A stretch of 32,000 bases of DNA from Pseudomonas aeruginosa. Its GTDB lineage: Bacteria > Pseudomonadota > Gammaproteobacteria > Pseudomonadales > Pseudomonadaceae. Position 1 is the first letter of the stretch, and every line of letters begins with the position of its first letter. The DNA lies in the NCBI RefSeq assembly GCF_001457615.1, contig NZ_LN831024.1, positions 4,410,001 through 4,442,000 of the forward strand, read 5' to 3'. Shown one piece after another: positions 17,579 through 25,911 of the stretch. The notes under the pieces were generated by a model. It did not search any database. It had not been told where the DNA came from and saw only the letters and a list, made by a program, of their open reading frames with translations. Both the position numbers and the translations under genes were made by a program.

Positions 17579-18730
17579 CTAGAGCGTGTCGCCGGTGCCG
17601 AGCAACGCGGTTACCTGGCTGGACAGCGTGCCGCCGTTGCCGTGCAGCAACGCCACGTCGGCCTTGGCCAACTGCCGCTCGCCGGCCTGGCGGCGGAGCT
17701 GGGTCACCGCCTCGATGATCAGGAACATCCCGTACATCCCCGGATGCACGCAGGACAGCCCGCCACCGTTGGTGTTCACCGCCAGCTCGCCGCCGGGCGC
17801 GATGCGTCCGCCCTGGACGAATGGGCCGCCCTCGCCCTTGGCGCAGAAACCCAGGTCCTCGAGGAACAGCAGGGTGTTGATGGTAAAGGCGTCGTAGAGC
17901 ATCACCAGGTCGATGTCGGCGTGCCGCACACCGGCCATCTGCATGGCTCGCGGAGCGCTTTCCGAGGCCGCCGTCACGGTGAGGTCGGGCATCGACACGA
18001 TCGAGCGATGCCACTGCGCTCCGGCCGCGCCAAGGAAGTACACCGGCGCATTGGGCAAGTCGCGGGCGCGCTCGGCGCGCACTACCACGCAGGCGCCACC
18101 GCCGTCGGTGACCAGGCAGCAGTCGGCGGCACTCAGCGGGTCGCTGACCATCCGCGCGGCAAGGACGTCATCGACGCTCAACGGCCCGCGGGCGAACGCC
18201 TCGGGATTCAGGTTGGCCCATTGCCGGGCAGAGACCGCCACCTCGGCGAGCTGCTCGCGTGTGGTGCCGTACTGGTGCATGTGCCGGCTGGCCGCCAGGG
18301 CATAGGCGGTGATCGGGTGGCGCGGCTTGTAGGGCGTCTCGTGCCATTGTGGCTCGCTCATCGATACCAGGCGGCCGCCGGCGGTTCGCTGGTTGGAGCC
18401 GTAGCAGATCAGCGCAGCGTCGCAGAGACCGGCCTCCAGTGCCAAAGTGGCCTGCAGCAGGTGCAGCTCGAAACTGGAGCCGCCGATATTGGTGCCATCC
18501 ACGAATTTCGGGCGGATGCCGAGGTATTCGGCGACCGACAAGGTGGGAAAGGCATGGGAGCTGGTGGCGGCGAAGATCGCGTCGATGTCGGAAAGCTTCA
18601 GGCCGGCATCGGCAATGGCCCTGAGCGACGCCTGGCCGAGCAGTTCGATGGCGCTGTAGCCCGGCGCCTCGCCGACGCCGGCGCTACCGATGCCGACGAT
18701 GGCGGTCTTGCCACGGATGGCTGCGTTCAT
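17579..18730 (-). CDS. Thiolase-fold protein, SCPx / lipid-transfer (Ltp) type
   Basis: 383 aa counted from MNAAIRGKTAIVGIG (ATG 18728-18730, SD AGGAGGG, ATGA overlap with the DUF35 gene). SCPx-type motifs DCCLVTDGGGACVV and NTNGGGLSCVHPGMYG. The expected nucleophile region reads TNIGGSSFELHLLQA, with no Cys. Confidence 0.85.
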   Translation of the reverse strand: MNAAIRGKTAIVGIGSAGVGEAPGYSAIELLGQASLRAIADAGLKLSDIDAIFAATSSHAFPTLSVAEYLGIRPKFVDGTNIGGSSFELHLLQATLALEAGLCDAALICYGSNQRTAGGRLVSMSEPQWHETPYKPRHPITAYALAASRHMHQYGTTREQLAEVAVSARQWANLNPEAFARGPLSVDDVLAARMVSDPLSAADCCLVTDGGGACVVVRAERARDLPNAPVYFLGAAGAQWHRSIVSMPDLTVTAASESAPRAMQMAGVRHADIDLVMLYDAFTINTLLFLEDLGFCAKGEGGPFVQGGRIAPGGELAVNTNGGGLSCVHPGMYGMFLIIEAVTQLRRQAGERQLAKADVALLHGNGGTLSSQVTALLGTGDTL

Positions 18731-19113
18731 GGTCGTCCCTCCTGGTGGGGAACGAACACCACGACATTGGCACCATCCTGCTCGACGATGCGCGCCTGCA
18801 CACGGGTGCCGATCGGCAGGCTCTGGTGCCCGTCGATCCGCGACATCATGCGCACGCCCTCGTCCAGGTCGACCAGCGCGACATTGTGATTGCCGCCGCG
18901 GGAGCGATTGACAGTGATCGCGTAGAGCGTACCCAGGCCGCTGGCGGGAACCCACTCGAGATCAGTCTCGCCGCTACCCGGCACCAACTGGCGCGGGTAG
19001 AACACATGGCGACCGCTGGAACGGCTGCGCTGCAACATGAAACGGCCCTGGGCGAGAAACGCAAGGTACTGCGCCTCAGGTCCCGGAGTACTGCCATCGG
19101 GAAGATCTGCCAC
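18727..19113 (-). CDS. DUF35 OB-fold protein (partner subunit of SCPx-type thiolase/aldolase)
   Basis: 128 aa with a GTG start at 19111-19113 and AGGAGA 6 nt upstream. OB-fold C-terminus (GTLYAITVNR...VALVDLDEGVRMMSRI...IGTRVQARIV). It contains no cysteines at all, so the N-terminal zinc ribbon typical of DUF35 is degenerate. It overlaps the thiolase-fold gene. Confidence 0.75.
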   Translation of the reverse strand: MADLPDGSTPGPEAQYLAFLAQGRFMLQRSRSSGRHVFYPRQLVPGSGETDLEWVPASGLGTLYAITVNRSRGGNHNVALVDLDEGVRMMSRIDGHQSLPIGTRVQARIVEQDGANVVVFVPHQEGRP

Positions 19114-19139
19114 GAGGTTTCTCCTTTGTTCTTGTCGAC

Positions 19140-19152
19140 CTTTGCTGCAAAG
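19140..19152. promoter_or_regulatory. 13-bp palindrome CTTTGC-T-GCAAAG upstream of the catabolic operon
   Basis: Perfect 6-1-6 inverted repeat, 27 nt upstream of the DUF35 GTG start, in the divergent regulatory region. Confidence 0.35.
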
Positions 19153-19196
19153 TGCATCGCGCTGGACGCCGAACCGGATACTGCTTCCGCCCCCGG

Positions 19197-19225
19197 TTGT
19201 ACGTTCCGGAAGGCCAGAATATATT
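19197..19225 (+). promoter_or_regulatory. Putative sigma70 promoter of the IclR regulator gene
   Basis: TTGTAC (19197-19202), a 17-nt spacer, then TATATT (19220-25). It lies 46 nt upstream of the ATG at 19271. The -10 element overlaps the ATTCAC/GTGAAT palindrome. Confidence 0.4.
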
Positions 19226-19238
19226 CACTATCGTGAAT
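19223..19238. promoter_or_regulatory. Palindrome ATTCAC-TATC-GTGAAT (candidate IclR operator)
   Basis: Perfect 6-4-6 inverted repeat in the AT-rich divergent region. It overlaps the putative -10 and transcription start of the regulator gene, which is the geometry expected for autorepression. Confidence 0.4.
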
Positions 19239-19270
19239 GTCAATCACAATACTGAATGAAAAGAGGAAAA

Positions 19271-20071
19271 ATGACCAAGGACGCCACAACCAAAGGCACC
19301 AGCAGCAAAGATGTCGGCGCGGTAGTGAACGCCATTCAGATACTTCGCCACCTGGCCCACGCCGACGGACCGCAAGGCGTGGCCGCCATCGCTCGCGCCA
19401 CCGGTATCAGCCCGAGCAGCGCCTTCAATATCCTGCGCACCCTAAGCAACGAACGACTGACATCCTTCGACGATGCGGGCAAGACCTACCAACTGGGCCT
19501 TGGCCTGTCGGAACTGGCCGTAGGATTCGTCGGACGCAGCTATGCCGACCTGATCCAGCCAGAGCTGGAGCGACTAAGCCTTGCCCACCACATCCTCATC
19601 GCCCTGTGGCAAGTCACCGACGATGCGCACATCCGCGTCATCGCCCTTGCCGCACCGCCCGTCGCCCACGTCAACGTCGCCGTCGGCACGCGCCTGCCGG
19701 AACTGGTCGGCGCCGCCGGGCGTTGCATTGCCGGCCTGCGCGAACTGCCGGAGGACGAACTGCGCCGCCGACTGACCCGCGTGCGCTGGGAAAATCCGCC
19801 GAGCTTCGAGCGCTACCAGGCCGAAGCGACCGAGGCCGTCGAGCGCGGCTGGGCTATCGACCAGGAACACCTTTACCGCGGCGTGAGCATGGTCGCCAGC
19901 GCCATCACCGACCGCGACGGACAACCGCGCTTCGCCATCTCCGCGATCGGCATCAGCGCCCAGCACCAGCCCGACGACCTGGAACGGATCGGCACCAGCC
20001 TGCGGGATACCGCGCGCTTCGTGAGCCGCGCGCTATTTCCCCAGGGCGAGGCACTGAAGGGGAAATCCTGA
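19271..20071 (+). CDS. IclR-family transcriptional regulator
   Basis: N-terminal winged HTH (VVNAIQILRHLAHADGPQGVAAIARATGISPSSAFNILRTL) and a C-terminal IclR effector domain. I prefer the ATG at 19271 (GAGGA 4-5 nt upstream) to the track start at 19256. Confidence 0.85.
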   Translation: MTKDATTKGTSSKDVGAVVNAIQILRHLAHADGPQGVAAIARATGISPSSAFNILRTLSNERLTSFDDAGKTYQLGLGLSELAVGFVGRSYADLIQPELERLSLAHHILIALWQVTDDAHIRVIALAAPPVAHVNVAVGTRLPELVGAAGRCIAGLRELPEDELRRRLTRVRWENPPSFERYQAEATEAVERGWAIDQEHLYRGVSMVASAITDRDGQPRFAISAIGISAQHQPDDLERIGTSLRDTARFVSRALFPQGEALKGKS

Positions 20072-20110
20072 AATGACATTCAACCCACTGAAAGATTAGC
20101 CGGCCCGCCG

Positions 20111-21010
20111 TTATCGACCCGCGACGTCGGTACCACCTTTCAACCCGAGGACCGGCAGATAACGGAGGAAGCGCCAGAATCGCTTCAGCGTCACCCGGTC
20201 CCACGCCCGCAGCGGCACCGAGCGGAACAGCTGCCAGGCATATCGCCCATCCTGGACAACAGCCTTCTTCAGCGCCTTGTTCAGGATCAGTTGCCGGGCC
20301 CGGCGATAATTCGGGTGAGCCCGATAAGGCTCGATGGCTTGCATATCCGCCTCGTAATTGAGCTTGTACCTGCCGGATAGACCGCTTCCATGCCGGCGAT
20401 AACGCCCCATGTAGGCCGGTAGTCGATGAATTTCATAGCCCTGCGCCGCGATCCTGAGGGTGATCTGGAAATCCTGCACGCGAATCGACGGGTCGAAGAA
20501 ATCCGCCCGCTTCATCGCGTCCATGCGGTAGAGCGCCGTAAGCGGCATGACCACCAGGGTCTCGGCCAATGCTGCATCGAACCCCCAACGCTCCACACAA
20601 CCCTCGCTGAAACCGTCTCGCGCCACTTCGTTACCGGCACTGTCGATACAGATATTGAAACCGCCCACGCACCCGACCTCGGGGTGCGCAAGCAAGTAGT
20701 CGACGCGCGTGTCGAGCGCTCCAGGCAGGACAATGTCGTCGAGGTCGGGAGTCATCACGAACTCCCCCCGCGCATGACGCAAACCGTGATTGAGCGCGTC
20801 GCTCACCCCTCGGTTAGCCTGGCGGTAGAGCTGGAAACCGTGACGCTCGCGGAGCATGGCGAGACGCTCATAGGTGTCGTCCGTGGATCCGTCATCCACC
20901 ACGATCAACTCGAGATTGGGATAGCCCTGCGCGTAGATACTGGCAATCGCCTCGTCCAGATACTTCGAGATATTGAAACAGGCGCAAACGACGGAAACGA
21001 GCGGTCGCAT
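20111..21010 (-). CDS. Family-2 glycosyltransferase
   Basis: 299 aa counted from MRPLVSVVCACFN (ATG 21008-21010, strong SD GGGAGGA). GT2 motifs VSVVCACFNISKYLDEAIASIYAQGYPNLELIVVDDGSTDDT and a DxD element (TPDLDDI). Codon usage is noticeably less GC3-biased than in neighbouring genes. Confidence 0.85.
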   Translation of the reverse strand: MRPLVSVVCACFNISKYLDEAIASIYAQGYPNLELIVVDDGSTDDTYERLAMLRERHGFQLYRQANRGVSDALNHGLRHARGEFVMTPDLDDIVLPGALDTRVDYLLAHPEVGCVGGFNICIDSAGNEVARDGFSEGCVERWGFDAALAETLVVMPLTALYRMDAMKRADFFDPSIRVQDFQITLRIAAQGYEIHRLPAYMGRYRRHGSGLSGRYKLNYEADMQAIEPYRAHPNYRRARQLILNKALKKAVVQDGRYAWQLFRSVPLRAWDRVTLKRFWRFLRYLPVLGLKGGTDVAGR

Positions 21011-21397
21011 TTCTTCCTCCCCAGCCCCGGCTCCGGGACTCGGCACAAACCGATAACCTGGCTGTCCGCTGGAAGGAAACCGTGCCATGCAGCTCGGCCA
21101 CACATCCGCGGCGCCTTCAAGCGCCGGGATACTAAGAAGAACCGCCCCGACCATCGAAACCGGCAGGTCGCCCGACCCGGCGCTCGAAGGACAGAAAATC
21201 GGAAGCAATGGAGAAATGCGCGCTCAGCGCACCCACGAAACCCAGACAGAGCGGGACGACCACCCAGAGGAGAAGGAAGGGCAGAACGAAGGAAGGGCCC
21301 GCAGCATTCCTAGGAAAGCTGCACGACCTGGCCGGCACCCGAAACCATGGCACGGCTTTTTCGCCCGCCCCGCAGAGGGGATGCCCGAACGCTCGCC

Positions 21398-21441
21398 AGA
21401 AAAGACAAAGCCCCCGGAACGCCAGGCATTCCAGGGGCTTT
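21398..21441 (-). terminator. Rho-independent terminator downstream of tRNA-Ser
   Basis: On the minus-strand RNA, AAAGCCCCUGGAA, loop UGCCUGGCG, UUCCGGGGGCUUU. That is a 13-bp stem whose only non-Watson-Crick pair is G.U on this strand (it would be C.A on the other). GUCUUUUCU follows. The stem begins 12 nt after the tRNA 3' end. Confidence 0.7.
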
Positions 21442-21453
21442 GCTCATATGTAA

Positions 21454-21543
21454 TGGCGGAGAGATAGGGATTTGAACCCTAGGAGCCATTGCTGACTCAA
21501 CGGATTTCGAATCCGTCCCGTTCGACCACTCCGGCATCTCTCC
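21454..21543 (-). tRNA. tRNA-Ser (anticodon CGA)
   Basis: Minus strand reads GGAGAGATGCCGGAGTGGTCGAACGGGACGGATTCGAAATCCGTTGAGTCAGCAATGGCTCCTAGGGTTCAAATCCCTATCTCTCCGCCA. Acceptor stem GGAGAGA/TCTCTCC. Anticodon stem ACGGA/TCCGT with loop TTCGAAA. Long variable arm (class II). T-arm TAGGG-TTCAAAT-CCCTA. The CCA end is encoded. Confidence 0.95.
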
Positions 21544-21554
21544 GTGCGGCGCGC

Positions 21555-21583
21555 ATGATACCAGCTTGTACGAAGAACGCGAA
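21555..21583 (-). promoter_or_regulatory. Putative tRNA-Ser promoter (extended -10, GC-rich discriminator)
   Basis: On the minus strand: TTCGCG (21578-21583), a 17-nt spacer, then TGgTATCAT (-10 at 21555-21560). The GC-rich GCGCGCC follows, just before the mature 5' end at 21543. A GC-rich discriminator is typical of stringently controlled stable-RNA promoters. Confidence 0.45.
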
Positions 21584-21611
21584 GCTTTCTTGAAGATTTT
21601 TTCGCGTTCTT
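21573..21611. terminator. 11-bp perfect inverted repeat downstream of purC (probable purC terminator/insulator)
   Basis: AAGAACGCGAA (21573-21583) pairs with TTCGCGTTCTT (21601-21611) around a 17-nt loop, 26 nt after the purC stop. The U-tract is poor (UUCUUCGU), so termination efficiency is uncertain. Confidence 0.4.
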
Positions 21612-21636
21612 TCAGATGGTTGCGCGCATTTTGAGG

Positions 21637-22347
21637 TTAAAGCGGCACGCCCAGCCGCTTGGCTACCTCTTCGTAGGCTTCGATCACATCGCCGAGGCCC
21701 TGGCGGAAGCGGTCCTTGTCCATCTTCTTGCGGGTTTCCTTGTCCCACAGACGGCAGCCGTCCGGGCTGAACTCGTCGCCGAGGACGATCTGGCCATGGA
21801 ACAGGCCGAACTCCAGCTTGAAGTCCACCAGCAGCAGACCGGCATCGTCGAACAGCTTGTTCAGCACTTCATTGACCTTGAAGGAATAGGTCTTCATCTG
21901 CGCCAGCTGCTCGGGAGTGGCCCAGCCGAAGGCCTGGACGTGGGATTCGTTGATGAACGGATCGCCCAGGGCGTCGTTCTTCAGGAACAACTCGAAGGTG
22001 GGAGGAGTCAGGGCGATGCCCTCTTCCACGCCGAGGCGACGCACCAGGCTGCCGGCGGCGAAATTGCGCACCACGCACTCGACCGGGATCATGTCGAGCT
22101 TCTTCACCAGGCACTCGGTATCCGACAGCAGCTTGTCGAACTGGGTCGGAATGCCGGCAGCTTCCAGCTTCTGCATGATGAAGGCGTTGAACTTGTTGTT
22201 CACCGCGCCCTTGCGATCGAGCTGTTCGATGCGCTTGCCGTCGAAGGCGGAGGTGTCGTTGCGGAACAGCAGGATGAGACGATCGGCATCGTCGGTCTGG
22301 TAAACCGACTTGGCTTTGCCGCGGTAGAGTTCTTCGCGTTTTTCCAT
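21637..22347 (-). CDS. purC: Phosphoribosylaminoimidazole-succinocarboxamide (SAICAR) synthase
   Basis: 236 aa. [37 protein letters not shown]... and ...[15 protein letters not shown] are unmistakably PurC. Confidence 0.97.
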   Translation of the reverse strand: MEKREELYRGKAKSVYQTDDADRLILLFRNDTSAFDGKRIEQLDRKGAVNNKFNAFIMQKLEAAGIPTQFDKLLSDTECLVKKLDMIPVECVVRNFAAGSLVRRLGVEEGIALTPPTFELFLKNDALGDPFINESHVQAFGWATPEQLAQMKTYSFKVNEVLNKLFDDAGLLLVDFKLEFGLFHGQIVLGDEFSPDGCRLWDKETRKKMDKDRFRQGLGDVIEAYEEVAKRLGVPL

Positions 22348-22375
22348 GATGGGCTCCGCTTACGGGTAATAGGGC

Positions 22376-23134
22376 CTAGGCGATCTCGCGCCAATCCAGG
22401 CCTGAATGCTGATCGGCCACCTGCAGCCAGCCCGGATCGCACCCAAGGGTGTCGACGAAGGTTTGCCGGGCCAGCTGCGGCGAGTTGTTCTTTTCGCTGA
22501 GATGGGCCAGCACCAGGTGCTGCATGCGACCCCAATCCAGCTGCTTCACCAGTTCTGCGGACTGATGGTTGTTCAAGTGCCCTCGCGAACCGCCTACGCG
22601 GGCCTTGAGAAAATAGGGATACGGGCCCCCGGCAAGCATCGTGCTGTCGTGGTTGGCCTCGACCACCAGAGCATCCACCGCACGATAGCACTCCAGCACC
22701 TCGGCCGTGGCCATTCCCAGATCGGTGAGCATGCCGAAGCGCCGCTGCCCATCGGACAGCACGAACTGGGTAGGCTCGCGGGCGTCGTGCGAGACGCCAA
22801 CCACCTGCACTTCCAGCCCGCGGATCGCCAGGCGCTGGCCGGCCCTCAACAGCTCGGCGGGGTGCACCGGGCGGCGCATGCCGCTCAGGGTACCCGCACT
22901 GAGATAGACCGGGATTTGGTAATGCCGCGCCAGCAGTTCGACGCCATGGATGTGATCGGCGTGTTCGTGCGTGACCAGGATCGCGTCCAGCTGCGCGGGG
23001 CTCAGCCCCAGGCGCGCCAGACGCTTGATGATTTCACGCAGCGGGAAGCCGCAATCGATCAGTATCCGGGTGTCAGAACTGCTCACCAAGGCCGAATTGC
23101 CCCGGCTTCCGCTGCCCAGAACCGCGAACCGCAT
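22376..23134 (-). CDS. MBL-fold metallo-hydrolase
   Basis: 252 aa counted from [17 protein letters not shown] (ATG 23132-23134). Metal-binding motif [11 protein letters not shown]. Its start lies 62 nt inside the 3' end of bamC, in another frame. Confidence 0.85.
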
Positions 23135-24263
23135 TGCGCATGCTCTCCTGGAGTTTTTCCAGTACGTTTTGCGCGACATCGGCCGGCGCAGAGGTGTTGA
23201 TGTCCTTGTCGACGGTGACCTGCACGGCGTCGCTGACGGTGGTCAGGCGGACCTGGTAGCGCTGCGCCTTGGCGTCTTCCTCTTCCTTGGTCTTCTCGCC
23301 GCCGCCGAACAGGCGACTGAAGAACCCGGGCTTGTCTTCGTCGGGCTTCTTCGCCCCTTCGGCGATGTTCACGTAGTACACGCCAAGGCTGCGGTTGAGG
23401 TCGTCGACGCGGATATCGGCGTTATCCAGGGCACGCCCGACACTGACCCAGGAGCGGTCGAAGTCGGATTGCAAGGTCAGCACCGGGTTGCCGCTGCCGT
23501 CCTTGCTCAACTCGAAGGTGCCGGGCGTGTCGTAGATCGAGTTGGCTGCCAGCAGGGAGACCGAGCCGCCCTGCTCGGCGCTGCGCGCCATGCTCGCGAC
23601 CATCTCGTCGAGCAGCGCCGCGTCGAGGCTCGGCGCCACCGACTTGCTCGGCCAGCTCGGGCTGCTGGTGTCACCGGCGGCGCGGGTCTGGCTGAGCACG
23701 TAGACCTCGCTGGTATTGCTTTGCACGCCGGGCTCGATACGCACCCGAACCCGTGCCTGGCCGTCCGGCTCGACACCGCTCACGCGGCTGCTAAGGCGGC
23801 GTGCCAGCGGCGCGGAAAGCTGCGACAGCGATTGCCAGTCGGAACTGAACTCGCCGGTCTGCGGGCGCTCGTCGGCGATGCGGAAACCGTTCTCCTCGAA
23901 GAACTGCCGGGCCACCGGCCAGACTTCCGCCGGCGGACGCTGGGCCACGACCCAGCGGCTATCACCGCTGCGCTGCAGGCTGTAGTCGCTGATGTCGCCG
24001 GCGTTGGCCAGCGGCTGCGGACGCGGAACCTCGTACTCACCCTCTTTTTCGTGGGTGGTGGCGACGTTCAGCGGAATCGGCAGCAGCGGATCGAGCGGCT
24101 TGCTGTGCACCCCTTCGGGCAATTGCATGGGAGGCGTTTCGCGGGCGCCGAGGTAGTCGTCACCGCGGTCGCGGAAATAGCCCTCCGGCCCCCACAGCCA
24201 GCCGCAGCCGGAAGTGTTGCCGATAACCAGGGCGAGGGCGGTCAGTCCAGCCAGTCGCTTCAT
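23073..24263 (-). CDS. bamC: Outer-membrane protein assembly factor BamC (NlpB-like lipoprotein)
   Basis: 396 aa counted from [20 protein letters not shown] (lipoprotein signal peptide with lipobox Cys; ATG 24261-24263, SD AAGGAG). Its position immediately downstream of dapA matches the conserved dapA-bamC arrangement of Gammaproteobacteria. Confidence 0.8.
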
Positions 24264-24280
24264 TGCGTGGAGCTCCTTGA

Positions 24281-25159
24281 TCAAGCCAATACGCCGGTCT
24301 GGCGCATGGCCTGACGCAGCGGCTCGTGGCAACGCGGGCTGAGCCAGGTCAGGGGCAGGCGGATGCCCTCGGGGATCAGACCCATCTCATGCAGGGCCCA
24401 CTTCACCGGAATGGGGTTGGATTCGATGAACAGCGCCTTGTGCAGCGGCATCAGGCGATCGTTGATAGCGCGCGCGGCTGCGGCGTCGCCGCGCATGGCG
24501 GCGGCGCACAGGTCGCTCATGGCGCGCGGCGCGACGTTGGCGGTCACGGAGATGTTGCCCTTGCCACCCAGCAGCATCAGCTCGACGGCCGTGGCGTCGT
24601 CGCCGGAATAGACGAGGAAGTCCTTGCCGACGCGCTCGATGACTTCCTTGGCGCGTTGCAGGTCGCCGGTGGCCTCCTTGATGCCGATGATGTTCGGCAC
24701 CTTGGACAGGCGCTCGACGGTCTCCGGAAGCATGTCGCAGGAGGTGCGGCCCGGTACGTTGTAGAGGATCTGCGGGATCGCAACGGCTTCGGCGATATGG
24801 CGGAAGTGCTGGTACATGCCTTCCTGGGTCGGCTTGTTGTAGTACGGCGTCACCAGCAGGCAGGCGTCGGCGCCGCCGCTTTTCGCGGCCTCGGTCAGCG
24901 CCACCGCCTCGCGGGTGGAGTTGGCGCCGGTGCCGGCGATCACCGGGATGCGGCCCTTGACCTGGTCGACCACGCGACGGATCACCTGGATGTGCTCTTC
25001 CACGTCCAGCGTGGCCGATTCACCGGTGGTGCCGACGGCGACGATGGCGTTGGTGCCTTCCTGCAAGTGGAAGTCCACCAGCTTGGCGAGGCTGTCCCAG
25101 TCCAGTCGACCCTGAGCATCGAAGGGGGTGACTAGTGCCACCATACTGCCCGCAATCAT
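24281..25159 (-). CDS. dapA: 4-hydroxy-tetrahydrodipicolinate synthase
   Basis: 292 aa. [51 protein letters not shown] and YNVPGRT and IIGIKEA are canonical DapA motifs. Confidence 0.97.
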
Positions 25160-25342
25160 GCAACCGCTCCTGCCGCGAAATTAAAGCGGTAATGGTACTG
25201 TCGGCGGCAGGCCTTGCACAAGACGAGCGCCACCTCGTCGGAAGCCGCTGACAGGCGGCAGACGTTTCCCTCGGCGGCGCTTTTCGCTACCCTTCCCGCT
25301 TTAGGTACGGCCCGTGCCGCCAGCGTATTCCAGGAAAGTTGA

Positions 25343-25900
25343 ATGTCCACCAGCCAACCCCGCGAACAATTCCTTCTGATCAGCGCCCTCGGCCCCAATC
25401 CGATGGAGCTGACCACCCTGCTCTGCCGCGCCTGCGTCGAGAGCCGCTGCGCCGTGGTCAGCAGCCGCCTGACCCGCCACGGAGAGTTCAGCGCCCTGGT
25501 GCTGCAGATCTCCGGAAGCTGGGATGCCCTCGCCCGCCTCGAGGGCAGCCTGCCGGCCCTCACCAAGCGCGGCGACATCACCCTCAGCATGACCCGCAGC
25601 AACGCTCACGTGACCCGCGCCCAGGCGTTGCCTTACGTGGCCTATGTCAGCGCGGTGTATCGCCCGGACATCCTCAACGAACTCTGCCAGTTCTTCATCG
25701 ACCACAACATCGAGCTGGAGAACCTGACCTGCGACACCTACCAGGCGCCGCACACCAACACCACCATGCTCAACGCCACGATTACCGTGACGCTGCCCGC
25801 CGGCACCCAGATCAGTTGGCTGCGCGACCAGTTCCTGGACTTCGCCGACGCCCTGAACCTGGATGCCCTGATCGAACCCTGGCGCCCCCAACACCCCTGA
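25343..25900 (+). CDS. gcvR: Glycine cleavage system transcriptional repressor-like protein (tandem ACT domains)
   Basis: 185 aa. LLISALGPNPMELTTLL...FSALVLQISGSWDALARLEGSLP parallels E. coli GcvR (LLSGSWNAI). The conserved dapA / gcvR-bcp neighbourhood supports the call. Confidence 0.75.
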   Translation: MSTSQPREQFLLISALGPNPMELTTLLCRACVESRCAVVSSRLTRHGEFSALVLQISGSWDALARLEGSLPALTKRGDITLSMTRSNAHVTRAQALPYVAYVSAVYRPDILNELCQFFIDHNIELENLTCDTYQAPHTNTTMLNATITVTLPAGTQISWLRDQFLDFADALNLDALIEPWRPQHP

Positions 25901-25911
25901 GGAGCCGAGCC

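Noticed and set aside
20072-20110. Possible att-like direct repeat of the tRNA-Ser 3' end (ATTCAACCC versus TTTGAACCC) at the far side of the GT2 islet.
   Set aside because: Only 7/9 bases match and there is no flanking similarity, which is indistinguishable from chance. No integrase is present.
21132-21353. 73-aa minus-strand ORF with one hydrophobic segment, between the GT2 gene and tRNA-Ser.
   Set aside because: It has a GTG start without a convincing SD, many T-ending codons atypical for this genome, and no recognisable motif. It overlaps the spurious upstream extension of the GT2 track ORF (20111-21208) in another frame. It is not supportable as a gene from sequence alone.
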